DNA of 63,686 bases, filler included, from Licmophora abbreviata (taxonomy: Eukaryota), in NCBI GenBank assembly GCA_900291995.1. It is 5 parts of 5 records of this genome, joined end to end, with 100 filler letters (N's around TTAATTAATTAA, not from the genome) between each part and the next. Parts side by side here need not be neighbours in the genome. Positions count along the whole stretch, not along the records: positions 1 to 23,001 come from OLMU01000388.1; 4 more parts are not named here. The stretch is one strand, 5' to 3'. The notes beneath the pieces are model-generated. The model was not told the DNA's origin, searched no databases, and was given only the letters and a program-made list of their open reading frames with translations. Position numbers and translations under genes: made by a program. Positions 9,928-20,493 of the stretch are shown piece by piece (the stretch's first letter is position 1; every line of letters starts with the position of its first letter).

Positions 9928-12055
9928 ATGAACAACGTGGATCTCCAAAGCAGTAAGGGTGACGAAGAGGCACCGGATGAAATGCCTTCTTCTCCTCCAG
10001 CAGCAGCAGCCACTTCGGAAGATCACGTCCATGATCAGCTGCCGTCTGTCGAAGAGATTCGAATGACGGCGTCGCAAAGAACTGGAAAAACCAGCTCACG
10101 TCTTCACAGTTCGCGTACTCCTTGGATAGTCTTTGGTGTCGTTGTCTTGGTCTTGGTTGCTATCATTATTGGACTGTCCGTGGGACTGGTCAAACAAGAA
10201 GAGAAGTCAAGGGAGCCGCGTTCGGCGGAAGTTCGAGAGTGGGTCGTTGAGAATGGCATTTCCACAGAGGCGGACTTGGCCAGGTCGGAATGGCAGAATG
10301 CAGTGCGATGGATCGCCGATCAGGACGAAATGTACTTGCCGATTCCCTATGCGAGGGACAGTGTCGAGGGAATCGAATTTGTGAATCGGTACGTCGTGGC
10401 TCTAATTTACTTTGCCATGAATGGGGCGGGCTGGAGATACAAGCTCGACTTTCTGCAGAACAAGGATGTCTGTCAGTGGTACACCCTCTTTAACACGGCC
10501 GGCGATCGTCTTTTCAAGGTCGGGGCGAGCTGTGACGTGCCAGGCGAAATCAGCCAGCTTCATATTTGTAAGTTCAGTGCTTGGTACGGTTGCTGGTGTC
10601 GCGACTTGACTTCGCCCTCTCGTCCTAATCGTGTCGTCTCGACTTCTACATATACTTCTTCTCTGTAGTGGGAAACAATCTTAAAGGCGAGATTCCTCCA
10701 GAGATCCGTCACCTTTCGAAATTAGAGTTCTTGGCGCTGAACGGAAACGAAATTGTGGGTCAGATCCCAGAGAGTTTCCGTGATCTCACTGATCTCTACT
10801 ATGTTGCGCTTCACTACAACGACCTCTCGGGCGAGATCCCGGAATGGCTCGGAGAACTAACCAAGCTACGAGTCCTGGGCCTCGGCGAGAACGACCTATC
10901 CGGAAGTATTCCACAGTCTTTTAGTAACTTGCAGGAGATGGTGACACTCGGTCTGGACCATAACCGACTATCGGGACAGGTCCTCATGCTGAATACCATG
11001 AAGAAAATGAAGCGCCTCTATCTAGAGTCCAATCTCTTTACTGGAGAGGTCAACGACGAATTCTTGCATCACCTGGCTGTTTTGGAAGACCTTGACTTGA
11101 GCGACAATCAATTCGATGGGACTATCCCTGGTCACTTCATTGGACACCCGACGTTGGAGGTCATGGACCTTGGTAGCAATGCACTCGGGCAGACGATTCC
11201 ACAAGAGTTTGCGGTGCAAGACTATCCATTGACTTATCTGGGGCTTCGTGAAAATCAATTCACGGGTGTGATCCCTGCGGCGGCACTAACTGGCTATGTG
11301 AACCTTACCCACATTGACCTCTCCGAGAATCTTCTTACCGGGCCCATTCCACAGGATCTCCAGTTTCTCTCCAAGCTGACGTATCTTTTCCTGGCCAACA
11401 ACAATCTTACGCCAAATCCCATCCCGACTTTCCTTGGAACTATGACAAATTTGATCGACTTGTCACTAAAGGATACGAAACTCACCGGCGAAATTCCAAC
11501 AGAACTTGGCAAGCTGACCAACTTGGTATTATTGGATCTTGATGACAACGTGCTGGATGGAAACATTCCTTCGGAACTTGGGCATCTTCATGGGCTACTG
11601 TTTCTACTTCTCAATCGGAACTCGCTGGATGGGTCGATTCCTCGTCAGCTAAGACACCTCAGCAACTTGGGTGCGTTGCTACGATACTTTTGTGTGCTTG
11701 CGAGTCTGCATGGCCATACTCACCGTTTTGTTCTGAAATTGTGTCAAAACTACCCACAGAGATACTACTGTTAGATCGCAATGAGCTAACTGGATCGGCC
11801 AGTCCGATCTGCGACAACATGTTTACGTTGTCTGTATTCGTCGCTGACTGCGAAGAAGATGGCTCGGGGGAAATTGACTGCGAATGCTGCACCAGATGCT
11901 GCCAAGATAGTGAAGTATGTTTCGACGAGGAATATTTGATGACTCTGGATCCCTCCTGGGAGCATAGCTTTGGACGTGCGTTTTACGAGTTTTCGGAGGA
12001 ACTGATTTTCGGCGGTCAGGAACAGGGTCGACGTGACATGCTGCCTGAGGATTGA
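9928..12055 (+). CDS. Type II membrane leucine-rich-repeat protein, copy 2 (introns ~10568-10668 and ~11671-11759)
   Basis: Same architecture and equivalent intron positions as copy 1; many LxLxxNxLxGxIP repeats; ADC..CECCTRCC cap. Confidence 0.85.
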
Positions 12056-12329
12056 TGATGCGATTGCAACCTCCCCTAGACTTAACAAAAATGCTGCATT
12101 AGCGTCCTGCAAGCAGCTGTTAGCTTCGATTCTATACTTGTAGACAGTTGCGTCTCACAACAAGAAAATCGAACAGATCGATCTGATGAGAAAGAGGGTC
12201 CTGTCGATGTTCGAGCTCTGAGACCGGGAAAATCTCTGCATCATCCTTTTGGAAAACGTCAGTGTTTCTCGCGCTGATGACATGCGAGAACCGACGATTG
12301 ATCCCATTCGATTGTTCTCGTTTGTCACC

Positions 12330-13426
12330 ATGAAGCTTGCTGTCGTACTCCTTGCGTTGTCTCGAACTGCCTTGGCGTTTTCGCCTTCTGCTCCAGCCTT
12401 TGCCCGGTCGAGGACGAGTCTGTCGATCGGATCCGATAAGAATGTCGACCTGAGGTATGCATCTGCACAGAGTGCGGTATTTGGTGCCGTTCTATCTCTT
12501 TATACCGGGATGCTGTGCGTCTCTTTGATATTCTGTACGAGCAAGGGTCTAATCTGAATCTATTTCATCTCCTCACAGTGGCAACACCTGGAAGCCAGAC
12601 TCTGAAACAATGGGCGTAAGTCAAAGGGTCTTGTCCTAGAAGCCCAGAATGAACGCCCAGGATCTCTACGGCTGCTGTTTCGAACTGTTGCATGCTCGAG
12701 TCCTCACTCATGCAACGTGTCTACTGTTTCCTCTCACCGCCATTCCAGTCCACTGATACTGGAGATTACTTCCCGGAAGGATACGACGCTAATGATCAGG
12801 TGGATTTCACTGAGGGCATGGGCGGATCGCAGGCCATGTTGGGAGGTGATCGAGGCGGCCCTCAGCTCCCTGGAATGGAGAACCGTGAGTTCACCTGGGT
12901 GTTGTAATCTCTTACAAATCGAAGCACTGCCTTTCTGAAACTCTTTGCTTTGCTTGTCATGCAGTCGGAGCCGATGCTGTGGTTACAGGAGGAATTGTGA
13001 TGGACTCGGAAATTCCGGCGGGTATGGAGTTTGTCCCATCTTCTGTCCCTGATGGCGAATATGAGATGAACGCGAGCTCATCTGGAGCCCGTGAGTAGCA
13101 TGCGCCGGTGAGGGAGACAGGGCTGATCAACCGTATCATGGACTCACTCATTTTGTCCCTTCACAGCCGCGGAGCTTACTATTGGGGTTGCCCCGGTATG
13201 CATGACCTTTGAGGATTTCTACGCTGCCTTTGCCCCAGGCTCACACCCCTCCTTTTCTGTGAAGCCTGCAATTGGACGCATGGATCGTCGTGGAGGGGAG
13301 CTTACGGAGTTGACCATTGTATGCGATCCACAGGGACAGGGCGGTCTCTTGGAGGGAGATCTTGTCATGAACTTGCCGGAGGACAACTCAAAGATCTGTT
13401 TCAAGATTAAGGCAAACTCATTCTAA
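12330..13426 (+). CDS. Plastid-targeted protein of unknown function (5 exons: 12330-12454, 12579-12615, 12749-12884, 12965-13090, 13167-13426)
   Basis: Signal peptide MKLAVVLLALSRTALA-FSP followed by a transit peptide; four GT-AG introns splice into one open frame ending KIKANSF. Confidence 0.75.
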
Positions 13427-13899
13427 GGTCGAGATAGAAAAGGGGGAGGCTACATAGAGAACGGAGCGACGTGAGAGAGGCAGTAGTCAACCTTCTATGT
13501 CAGCATGACGACATAGTCAGCCTTTGTAGTCCACGATAGTAATCTGACTTATCAATAGCGGCACAGAGCAGTATCTACGGTATGCTTTCCAGCTCGTTAC
13601 TCCAGCCTTCGTAAGCACGTTGTAGCGTGCTCTTTCAGTAGATAGACTACACATCGCGTGTATCATTGCCGTGATCAATTCGTCTGACTGACACGAGGAG
13701 TTAGTCGAGTCGCAGAGTCAGTCGAGTGGGTTTGAAACTATTTAAGAGAGTTTAGTGAAGCGTTCCGTGCGTCGTCCGTCGTTGCCCGGTCGAACAGAAA
13801 AGTCGCTATACCTGCGCGATGTTTTTTCGTCCGATGACAACACAGCCAACTTGAAACTGCCCATGGCGGTCTAGCGGTCTGCATATTGTCCATAGAAAA

Positions 13900-15567
13900 A
13901 TGAAGAGACCAGGGCAGCGACTGTTGAAAGCTTGTCTTTTTGGCTCGTTGTTGGGTGAAACATGTGGCTTCTGTAGAACTCCGGGAGTGAAGCCACTGAC
14001 CCGTCCTATATTTCCCACGAGGTCTTGTGGCCCATACGGCGCGGCTCGGCTTCGAATGGCAGTGGACAACGAGCAGAAAGATCCTGAAACGCTAGCCACT
14101 GAAGAAGAGGCTCGACTCAATGTACTGAAGGCGAGACGAAACCAGATTCGAGGAACGCTGAGAGCCGCCGAAAAGACCCGCAACTACAGAATCGACAACG
14201 GTCTCGTTCCCGAAGTGGATGACGAAGGCAAGCCCATCAAGTCGGATTCCAAGCTAGCCTTGACGCTCACTGCGTTCGTGGTTGCGGCAGGCGCGGTCGC
14301 ACTTCGTATCGGGGGTAGAGCAGCGCTTGTGTCAGCGATTGGCCTGGATTTCGCCTCAGAAAATCCCGAGTTGAAGGATAATCTTGATCAGGTTCTGAAC
14401 TACGCGGCATCGCTCGATCCTCTAGCGGAAGGAGCCTTATTTCTAGCAGCCTGGACAGCTGTCAAGGTGTTTTGCTTTGATGCAGGTGGCGTTGTGCTTG
14501 CACTTGCTGCGGGGATACTCTTTGGAGGAGTCGTTCAGGGGGCGATCGCATCCGCTTTCTGTGCGACGGTTGGAAGTTCCATTGCGTTTGCTCTGGCCAA
14601 ACTTGATACCCCTGTGCGAAAGAAAGCACTGGAACTTGTAGACGAGTACCCTTCGCTTCGAGGTATCGAAAAGGTTGTCGCTCGAGATGGTTTCAAGGCG
14701 ATTCTTACCCTACGGCTGGCGCCGGTTCTGCCGATTCCGCTAGGCATGTACAATTATGTGTACGCTGTTACAAACGTTCCTTTCCTTCAGTTTTTCGGGG
14801 GCATATTTGTCGGTTCATTGAAGCCGTACTTGCTTGACAGCTATCTTGGCTACTTTGGAAAGACTGTCGTCGACGGAACCGCTGCATCTGATCCTACCAG
14901 CCTTCAGGACGTCGTTCTGCTCGTGGTTATTGGAGTGAGCGTCTTGATTGGCGTCTTTGCGTCGCAGCTTGCAGGTGAGACATGGGATACGGTCCTGGCA
15001 GAAGTTGAGGAAGAGAAGCGTGAAAAAGCTGGCAATGAAGGCGAGGAAGTGGACGATGGTATTGTACGAGAGTTTCTCGGCGCTCAGTTGCCTGAGTGGC
15101 TCGTTGGTTTCCAGATCGCCTTGGCCATGGCGGATGATCGTGTCAACGGGGTCATTTATGAAGAGTTTGATGCCCAGGTGTGGAATTATACTGAGAATAA
15201 TGGATTGCCTCCTGACGAGCTCGATCCTGCTCGAAAACCGGACAGTCCGGAAGTCATGGGTGCTAACAAAGGTTTTGACTTTGGAGAAAGTGTCTGCGAT
15301 GGGCTGGTGTTGAGCCCTGCTCTGTTCCAGGCTTACCTTAGATACGCGGATCCTCTGTTCGAAGAAGCGAAAGAAATGGATGACAGGCCGACACCAAGAG
15401 TGTTTCTCGAAGGCAACGCCAGCAGCCCAGAAGCTGCGCCTGTTTCGACTCCTCGCGAGATCACCTCAGAGCAGCTGCTGTACAAGCTAGACGAGCTTCG
15501 GTCGGTAACAAGGAAACGACTCAGCCGTCTGGATGAGCTACTGAGTGAGGAAAAAGATAAGCTATAA
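13900..15567 (+). CDS. DedA/VTT (TVP38/TMEM64, SNARE-associated) membrane protein, probably plastid-targeted
   Basis: AAGILFG..G, ATVGSSIAF, LRLAPVLPIP..YNY, GSLKP motifs; N-terminus TCG-F presequence-like. Confidence 0.8.
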   Translation: MKRPGQRLLKACLFGSLLGETCGFCRTPGVKPLTRPIFPTRSCGPYGAARLRMAVDNEQKDPETLATEEEARLNVLKARRNQIRGTLRAAEKTRNYRIDNGLVPEVDDEGKPIKSDSKLALTLTAFVVAAGAVALRIGGRAALVSAIGLDFASENPELKDNLDQVLNYAASLDPLAEGALFLAAWTAVKVFCFDAGGVVLALAAGILFGGVVQGAIASAFCATVGSSIAFALAKLDTPVRKKALELVDEYPSLRGIEKVVARDGFKAILTLRLAPVLPIPLGMYNYVYAVTNVPFLQFFGGIFVGSLKPYLLDSYLGYFGKTVVDGTAASDPTSLQDVVLLVVIGVSVLIGVFASQLAGETWDTVLAEVEEEKREKAGNEGEEVDDGIVREFLGAQLPEWLVGFQIALAMADDRVNGVIYEEFDAQVWNYTENNGLPPDELDPARKPDSPEVMGANKGFDFGESVCDGLVLSPALFQAYLRYADPLFEEAKEMDDRPTPRVFLEGNASSPEAAPVSTPREITSEQLLYKLDELRSVTRKRLSRLDELLSEEKDKL

Positions 15568-15656
15568 TTCGAACTGATAGATGCACTCTTAAAAAGACAG
15601 TATGCCCTGGGGTGGATGAGGCTTTGCTCGACGGACGCCTGCTGTACGAGTCCGTG

Positions 15657-15917
15657 TCAGCGCCGCTCTGCGACAGAGGAGAGCTTCGAAGCTTCTTTCT
15701 GCCCCTCTTGCGCTCTTTTCCTCTCAATCGCAGTCCGACACTGCTCACTGGCGATTCTGAGACGATCCATGCGTTCTCCCATTGCCACGAGGTCATCGCG
15801 AGCGCACTCAAGCATGTGCAGTGTCGTACTTAGGGTCAGCTTCAAGTTTCGGAGCATGTGCAACTCAGGATCATTTTCAAATCGTTCTTCCAGCGTATTG
15901 GTTAGATCGTAAGACAT
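15657..15917 (-). CDS. Small helical/coiled-coil hypothetical protein (86 aa)
   Basis: ATG-initiated MSYDLTNT... ORF with heptad-like amphipathic pattern, filling the gap between convergent genes. Confidence 0.45.
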   Translation of the reverse strand: MSYDLTNTLEERFENDPELHMLRNLKLTLSTTLHMLECARDDLVAMGERMDRLRIASEQCRTAIERKRAQEGQKEASKLSSVAERR

Positions 15918-16294
15918 ACCGATCAGTGTCACCGTGGTAGACACGGTTGGCAGCGGAAATGAAAGACCGAAAGCAGAATCCCATTGTCTTGGCGACGCTC
16001 GGATTGTCGGGAATTCCAATTCAGCATTGGGGGGATTTTCGACCACTTCGACTAACCTTCCGTCTGAGAGATGTTTGCGACAACTACGACGTTGGTATTG
16101 ATCCGCTCGAGGTCGGAGCGTCGGAAGCGTTTTCAGTTTTCACTTCACCTCCTGCAGGAAGACTGAAGAGAGCATCGACACAGATTGACGGAGACTCTTG
16201 CCGCAAGCGCTATTGATACAATTCTACATGGCTCGAGGAACGTGCACGCTAGGAGTTCGGTGTAGAAAAAGACAATTCTAATGGTAGAAAGAGC

Positions 16295-16696
16295 TTAAGC
16301 AACCTCAGCCATTTTCTTGGCAATGATAGCACTCTTCTGCTTCTTAGCAACCATAACCTTGAATCGATCGAAATCATTGAGGGATGCCCGTGTTTTCTTT
16401 GCCGCCATCTTCTTCGCCCACGAGGACGCTTCCCACTTGGCCATCACATCGCCCTCGGCCCAAGCCTTTTTCAACGTCTTTTCCCGAGCATTCCTCTGAA
16501 TCTTGACCACAAAGTCTGTCAGTGCCACGCGCTTGAAAGGAATGACCTGTCGTGAAACACCAGTAATCTCGGAAGGTCCGTCAATCAAACACTTGTTCTG
16601 GTCGACAATATCAATAATTGTAGCCAGACTGCCCTTCTCGGGGCCGTAGTTGATCAGGACAACGCGTCCGACTTCTGCGTACCGTTTGAAACCCAT
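16295..16696 (-). CDS. RPL14: 60S ribosomal protein L14 (eL14)
   Basis: MGFKRYAEVGRVVLINYG...IIDIVDQNKCLIDGP...LNDFDRFKVM; true start taken at ATG 16696. Confidence 0.96.
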   Translation of the reverse strand: MGFKRYAEVGRVVLINYGPEKGSLATIIDIVDQNKCLIDGPSEITGVSRQVIPFKRVALTDFVVKIQRNAREKTLKKAWAEGDVMAKWEASSWAKKMAAKKTRASLNDFDRFKVMVAKKQKSAIIAKKMAEVA

Positions 16697-17227
16697 TTTA
16701 ATGTTATAAACTGCTGAGGGGGGATGATGAGGTGAGACAAGAGGTGTAAGTTGACAGAAATAGCAAACGACGACGACGAGATAGGCTATGAGCCTGTCAC
16801 AGCCCCGCCACCATGACAATGGCGACGTCGAGCGATCGTTTCTCCCTCGAAACGACTGATTCTCTTTCTCCTCTTCCTCTACTGCATTCTTCGTGTACAA
16901 GTGTTCATCCTATAAGACTCTTGTTGATTCCATTGAGCCATTTCCTCCATGGACTTTACAACGTACCGATCGATATCTGAAACGTAGACGATGAGCGGTG
17001 AAAGGCAGCTTTCGGATTTCTGCTTGTAATTGTCGTATTCTTCTACACGCAAAATAAAGTAAGCGGTAAGTGAGAAAAGGAATCTTTGAAAACAGAATCT
17101 TGAATTCTTTGCTCTCTCGGTGTGTGTCCAAGTTGAAGTTTCGAAAGTTGGCGGGAAAGATTGAAAGATTTGGAAGATGAAAACACGCGAAGAGGCACCT
17201 TCAACTGACTGGACTCGACTCTCGACC

Positions 17228-18690
17228 ATGATATTCCGTACGGCTCTTAGACTTTGGGTAAGCACAGTACTCCTGGTGAAAACCCAAGCGTGGGTCTTGC
17301 CTACGGTCAAGTCGACGCGAGCGTGGAGAACGTCGTTGGCGTCCAGTGGCAGTAACATCAACAACGTCGTACTCAGTCCTTCAACAGACGATCCGAATGC
17401 ATTCGACTCGTTTCGCATCGGAAGTGCCCGTGTTCATCGATATGTTCGAGACTCTGAGTCGGATCCTGATGACGCTGAATATATCATGTGGTATCATGGA
17501 CGCCCGCTAGACTTTGACCAAGACAAGGAACTACCTCCGCTCAGCACAGGAAGGATTGGACGCGCTACGTCGCGAAATGGGCTTGTGTGGAAGAAGACGC
17601 TCGTGGGAAGTGAATCAGAAGATGCGCCTGATGTAAGCTTGGGTCTTAACAAGGAATCGTGGTGGGGCTTCGACACGGCTCATGTTGGTCTGGGGCAGGT
17701 CCTCCTCCCGATGAGTACCCCTGCAGTAATGGCTGAAGGAGGGGTTTATTTGCTTTACTACTTTGGAGGGAGCTTCGAAGAGAAGCCCATCGAGGACTAC
17801 CTCGAAAAAGTTCCAGAGTCTGTCAAGGGTGCAAGTATCAAGGGCATGAGCATGAAGATTGGCGTCGCGGTTTCGCAAGATGGCGAGTCATGGGGTCGCG
17901 TCGAAGGCGATGATCCTACGGGAGCAATCATGGCTCCGTACGACGCTTCCGATACAAACACGAGGCAGATGGTCTCAATGCGGGGCGAGGATGACGAGAT
18001 TGTAAATCTTGTCGAGGAGCTGTACTGTGGATGGCCCGAGGTAGTCGTCAGTACAGGGGATACAGTCAAGATAGAAGGCACGATGCAGCCAGGTTTCTTC
18101 ATGTACTACAGCACCATGAAGAAAGCTGACAAGCAGAAGTGCATCGGACTTGCTGTCTCAGCGGATGGTTTCCGCTGGTTCAAGAGAGGAATCATTGTTG
18201 AGCCGGACGCGAATGGGCCCGATGCAGGTGGATGTGCACGAACCAATGTTATGAAGAACGCCAAGTACGATGAGGATGCCAACTTGTGGGAAGATGCGGA
18301 TGGCTGGACTATGTATTACGAAGGTGTCTCAGAAGAAGACAACAAGCATCGCATCATGATGGCAGAGAGCTTGGATGGTCGAACGTGGAAAAAGACGGGT
18401 TTGGCTCTTGACATTGGTGCTTCGGATGATTCCTGGGATTGCGCCGGAGTCGGAGCACCGCACGTTTTGAGGTATGTCGCACCATATAATTTTCAGCTTC
18501 TACCTCAACAAGTACAGGCCTTCTCATCTCATCTCTTCCTTATCTTTGTATTCCCAGGCTGGATGATGGGTCGCTACGCATGTACTACACTGGACAAGGC
18601 TCGGATGGAAGCACTGCGATCGGAGTCGCGAAGCTAGACCCGGCGATCGGCTCATGGGCCAGAGAGCAAGCCCAATTCTCTTTCGCTTAG
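17228..18690 (+). CDS. Five-bladed beta-propeller glycoside-hydrolase-like protein (GH32/43/130-type fold), likely plastid-targeted; intron ~18473-18558
   Basis: Repeated MWYHG/LYYFG/MYYS/MYYEG...S.DG..W.R/K blades and WD..GVG.P motif; presequence TQA-W. Confidence 0.75.
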
Positions 18691-18885
18691 GTGGCAGGGA
18701 ATCCATGCAAAACGAGTCTCATTCTATACTGAAATTATGAATTACATATACTCAAGCTGGATCATCAAGCTATTTTGCCATTTGGATAGAGAGCGCTTGT
18801 TTTTCACATTGTGTCGCTCCTCGCCGCAGAATATCATCAATTGAGCAATGCGCCACAAAAAGCCATCGTCGACGTTGAAACTTTG

Positions 18886-20062
18886 CTAGTGTTGGTTCCT
18901 GGCATACTTGGAATCGTCATTCGTTACCTCTTGGGTCTTCTCTCTTGGAGGCTCTAGTCCATGGTCGTCTTCCACATTTTCGATTCTTGGTTTAGGCGGG
19001 TTCGTGGGAATTCCGCCTGAGCTGTCAATGCGAAGGTCCGGAATCACGTTGCCGGTAGCTGAGCCATCGCCAACTTCAGCTGAGTCGTCCTCTTCGTTGC
19101 TGGGCGAAGCCTCTATCGCATCCAAATTGTCCTCTTCGTTGCTTGGCGAGCTCTGCTCGTCGCCGCCATTCGCCCCGCCGTCCGTCGTTTGGTCGGTAGG
19201 GGCTTTGGTCGGAGGATCCATGGGTGGCAGCGCCACGCTAGCCATTTCGTCGTCCCCTGCATCGTCGCTTTCGTTGCTAGGGGAGTTCTTGCCATCAATC
19301 AATGGGTCGGCATCAGGTTCATCCTCATTTGGAACACCGTTCGCGCTGGTGGGAGGACCCGAAAAAGGATTGCCTTTTGAGCTGGTGGTAGGACCCTTGG
19401 GACTGCTAGCATTGGCATCGGTGTTCAAGCAACCTTTTGAGCTTGCTAGAGAGCTGCCTTTGGGGCTGGTCGGGGGACCAATCAGCGAGGTACCTTTAGT
19501 GCCTTTGGAGCCCTTTGGGCTCGAAGGAGGACTAGGAGAGCTCCCAACGCCCATCAACGGGTTGCCTTTCGGGCTGGCGAGCGAGTCTGCGGGTGTCCCA
19601 CCTTTCGCACTGGCGGGAGGGCCGCCCTTTGGAGAACTTCCCTTGGAGTTGCCAAGGTTGCAACTTGGTCGTCTTCCCCCTCCTTTCACATTGCTTTCGC
19701 CACCTTTTCCGTGCGATGGATCAGTTGTGTCAAGATCGTCTTGATTTCCACTGCCATTAGTTGCGCAGGTTGGCTGGTTGGTAGGCACGATTGCCGGTTT
19801 ATTAGAGCCGCCCTGCCGAGAAGAACAAGACAGGTATGTCAGAGAAAAGCAAGCGAGACTTACTGGGCTGGCAATAAAGTCTTACCTTCCCAAGCTTGCG
19901 CCGTTCTGGAGGCGACAAGGGAAAACCGCGGGCTGCTGCCTGATCACCATCATGGAGAGCACCGTGTCGAAGTGCGGGATGACCACGCGTCAAAGCAGAT
20001 GCACTACAGGTGCCCCAAGCGTCAAGAAGGAATAGAAAGAGTGCCTTCCAAGGGAAACCCAT
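18886..20062 (-). CDS. Secreted low-complexity Lys-Gly/Ser/Pro-rich protein, silaffin-like candidate (exons 20062-19886, 19812-18886; about 367 aa)
   Basis: Hydrophobic N-terminus, RRKL motif, intron GTAAGA...GGCAG in frame, repeated SPKG/SSKG/SAKG units, acidic C-terminal half. Confidence 0.65.
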
Positions 20063-20493
20063 CTTTGAAACTGTTCAGTACGACAATATCGGGAGATGAG
20101 AGCAACACAGTGATGCAGACGACTGTTTGCTTCGAAATGAGCGTCACTTGAGATGTCAGTCGCTCGCTGGACTCACCCGTCGTCCGTTGTGTCGAGAGCC
20201 AGTGAGACATTCTTAGAAGCAAAGGACGGCTCTGCCTTTGTGCACCTCCTTCTCTGTTATGAAGTCACATGCTGAAGAGGCGAACGGTCGAGGTACAAAA
20301 GGTACAAAGACTCCTGTCATGAACTAAATCCAAATCGGGATGGGCGCCAAAATTGAGTCCTGTCACAGTTGACGGCTAAAAACGTCGACGGAACACATGT
20401 TTCTTTTCATCTCGATCATCCTCTGCAAAACAATAGCATAAAGGCATAGATTGACAAGATGATCGGGCTAGGAATGAGCGTCACTACAGCTTG

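Noticed and set aside
16697..16900. 68-aa N-terminal extension of RPL14 in the ORF track
   Set aside because: Non-ATG start inside a probable 5' UTR intron; canonical eL14 begins at 16696.
18908..19744. 278-aa plus-strand ORF with LPFGL-type repeats
   Set aside because: Antisense shadow of the low-complexity KG-repeat gene; non-ATG start.
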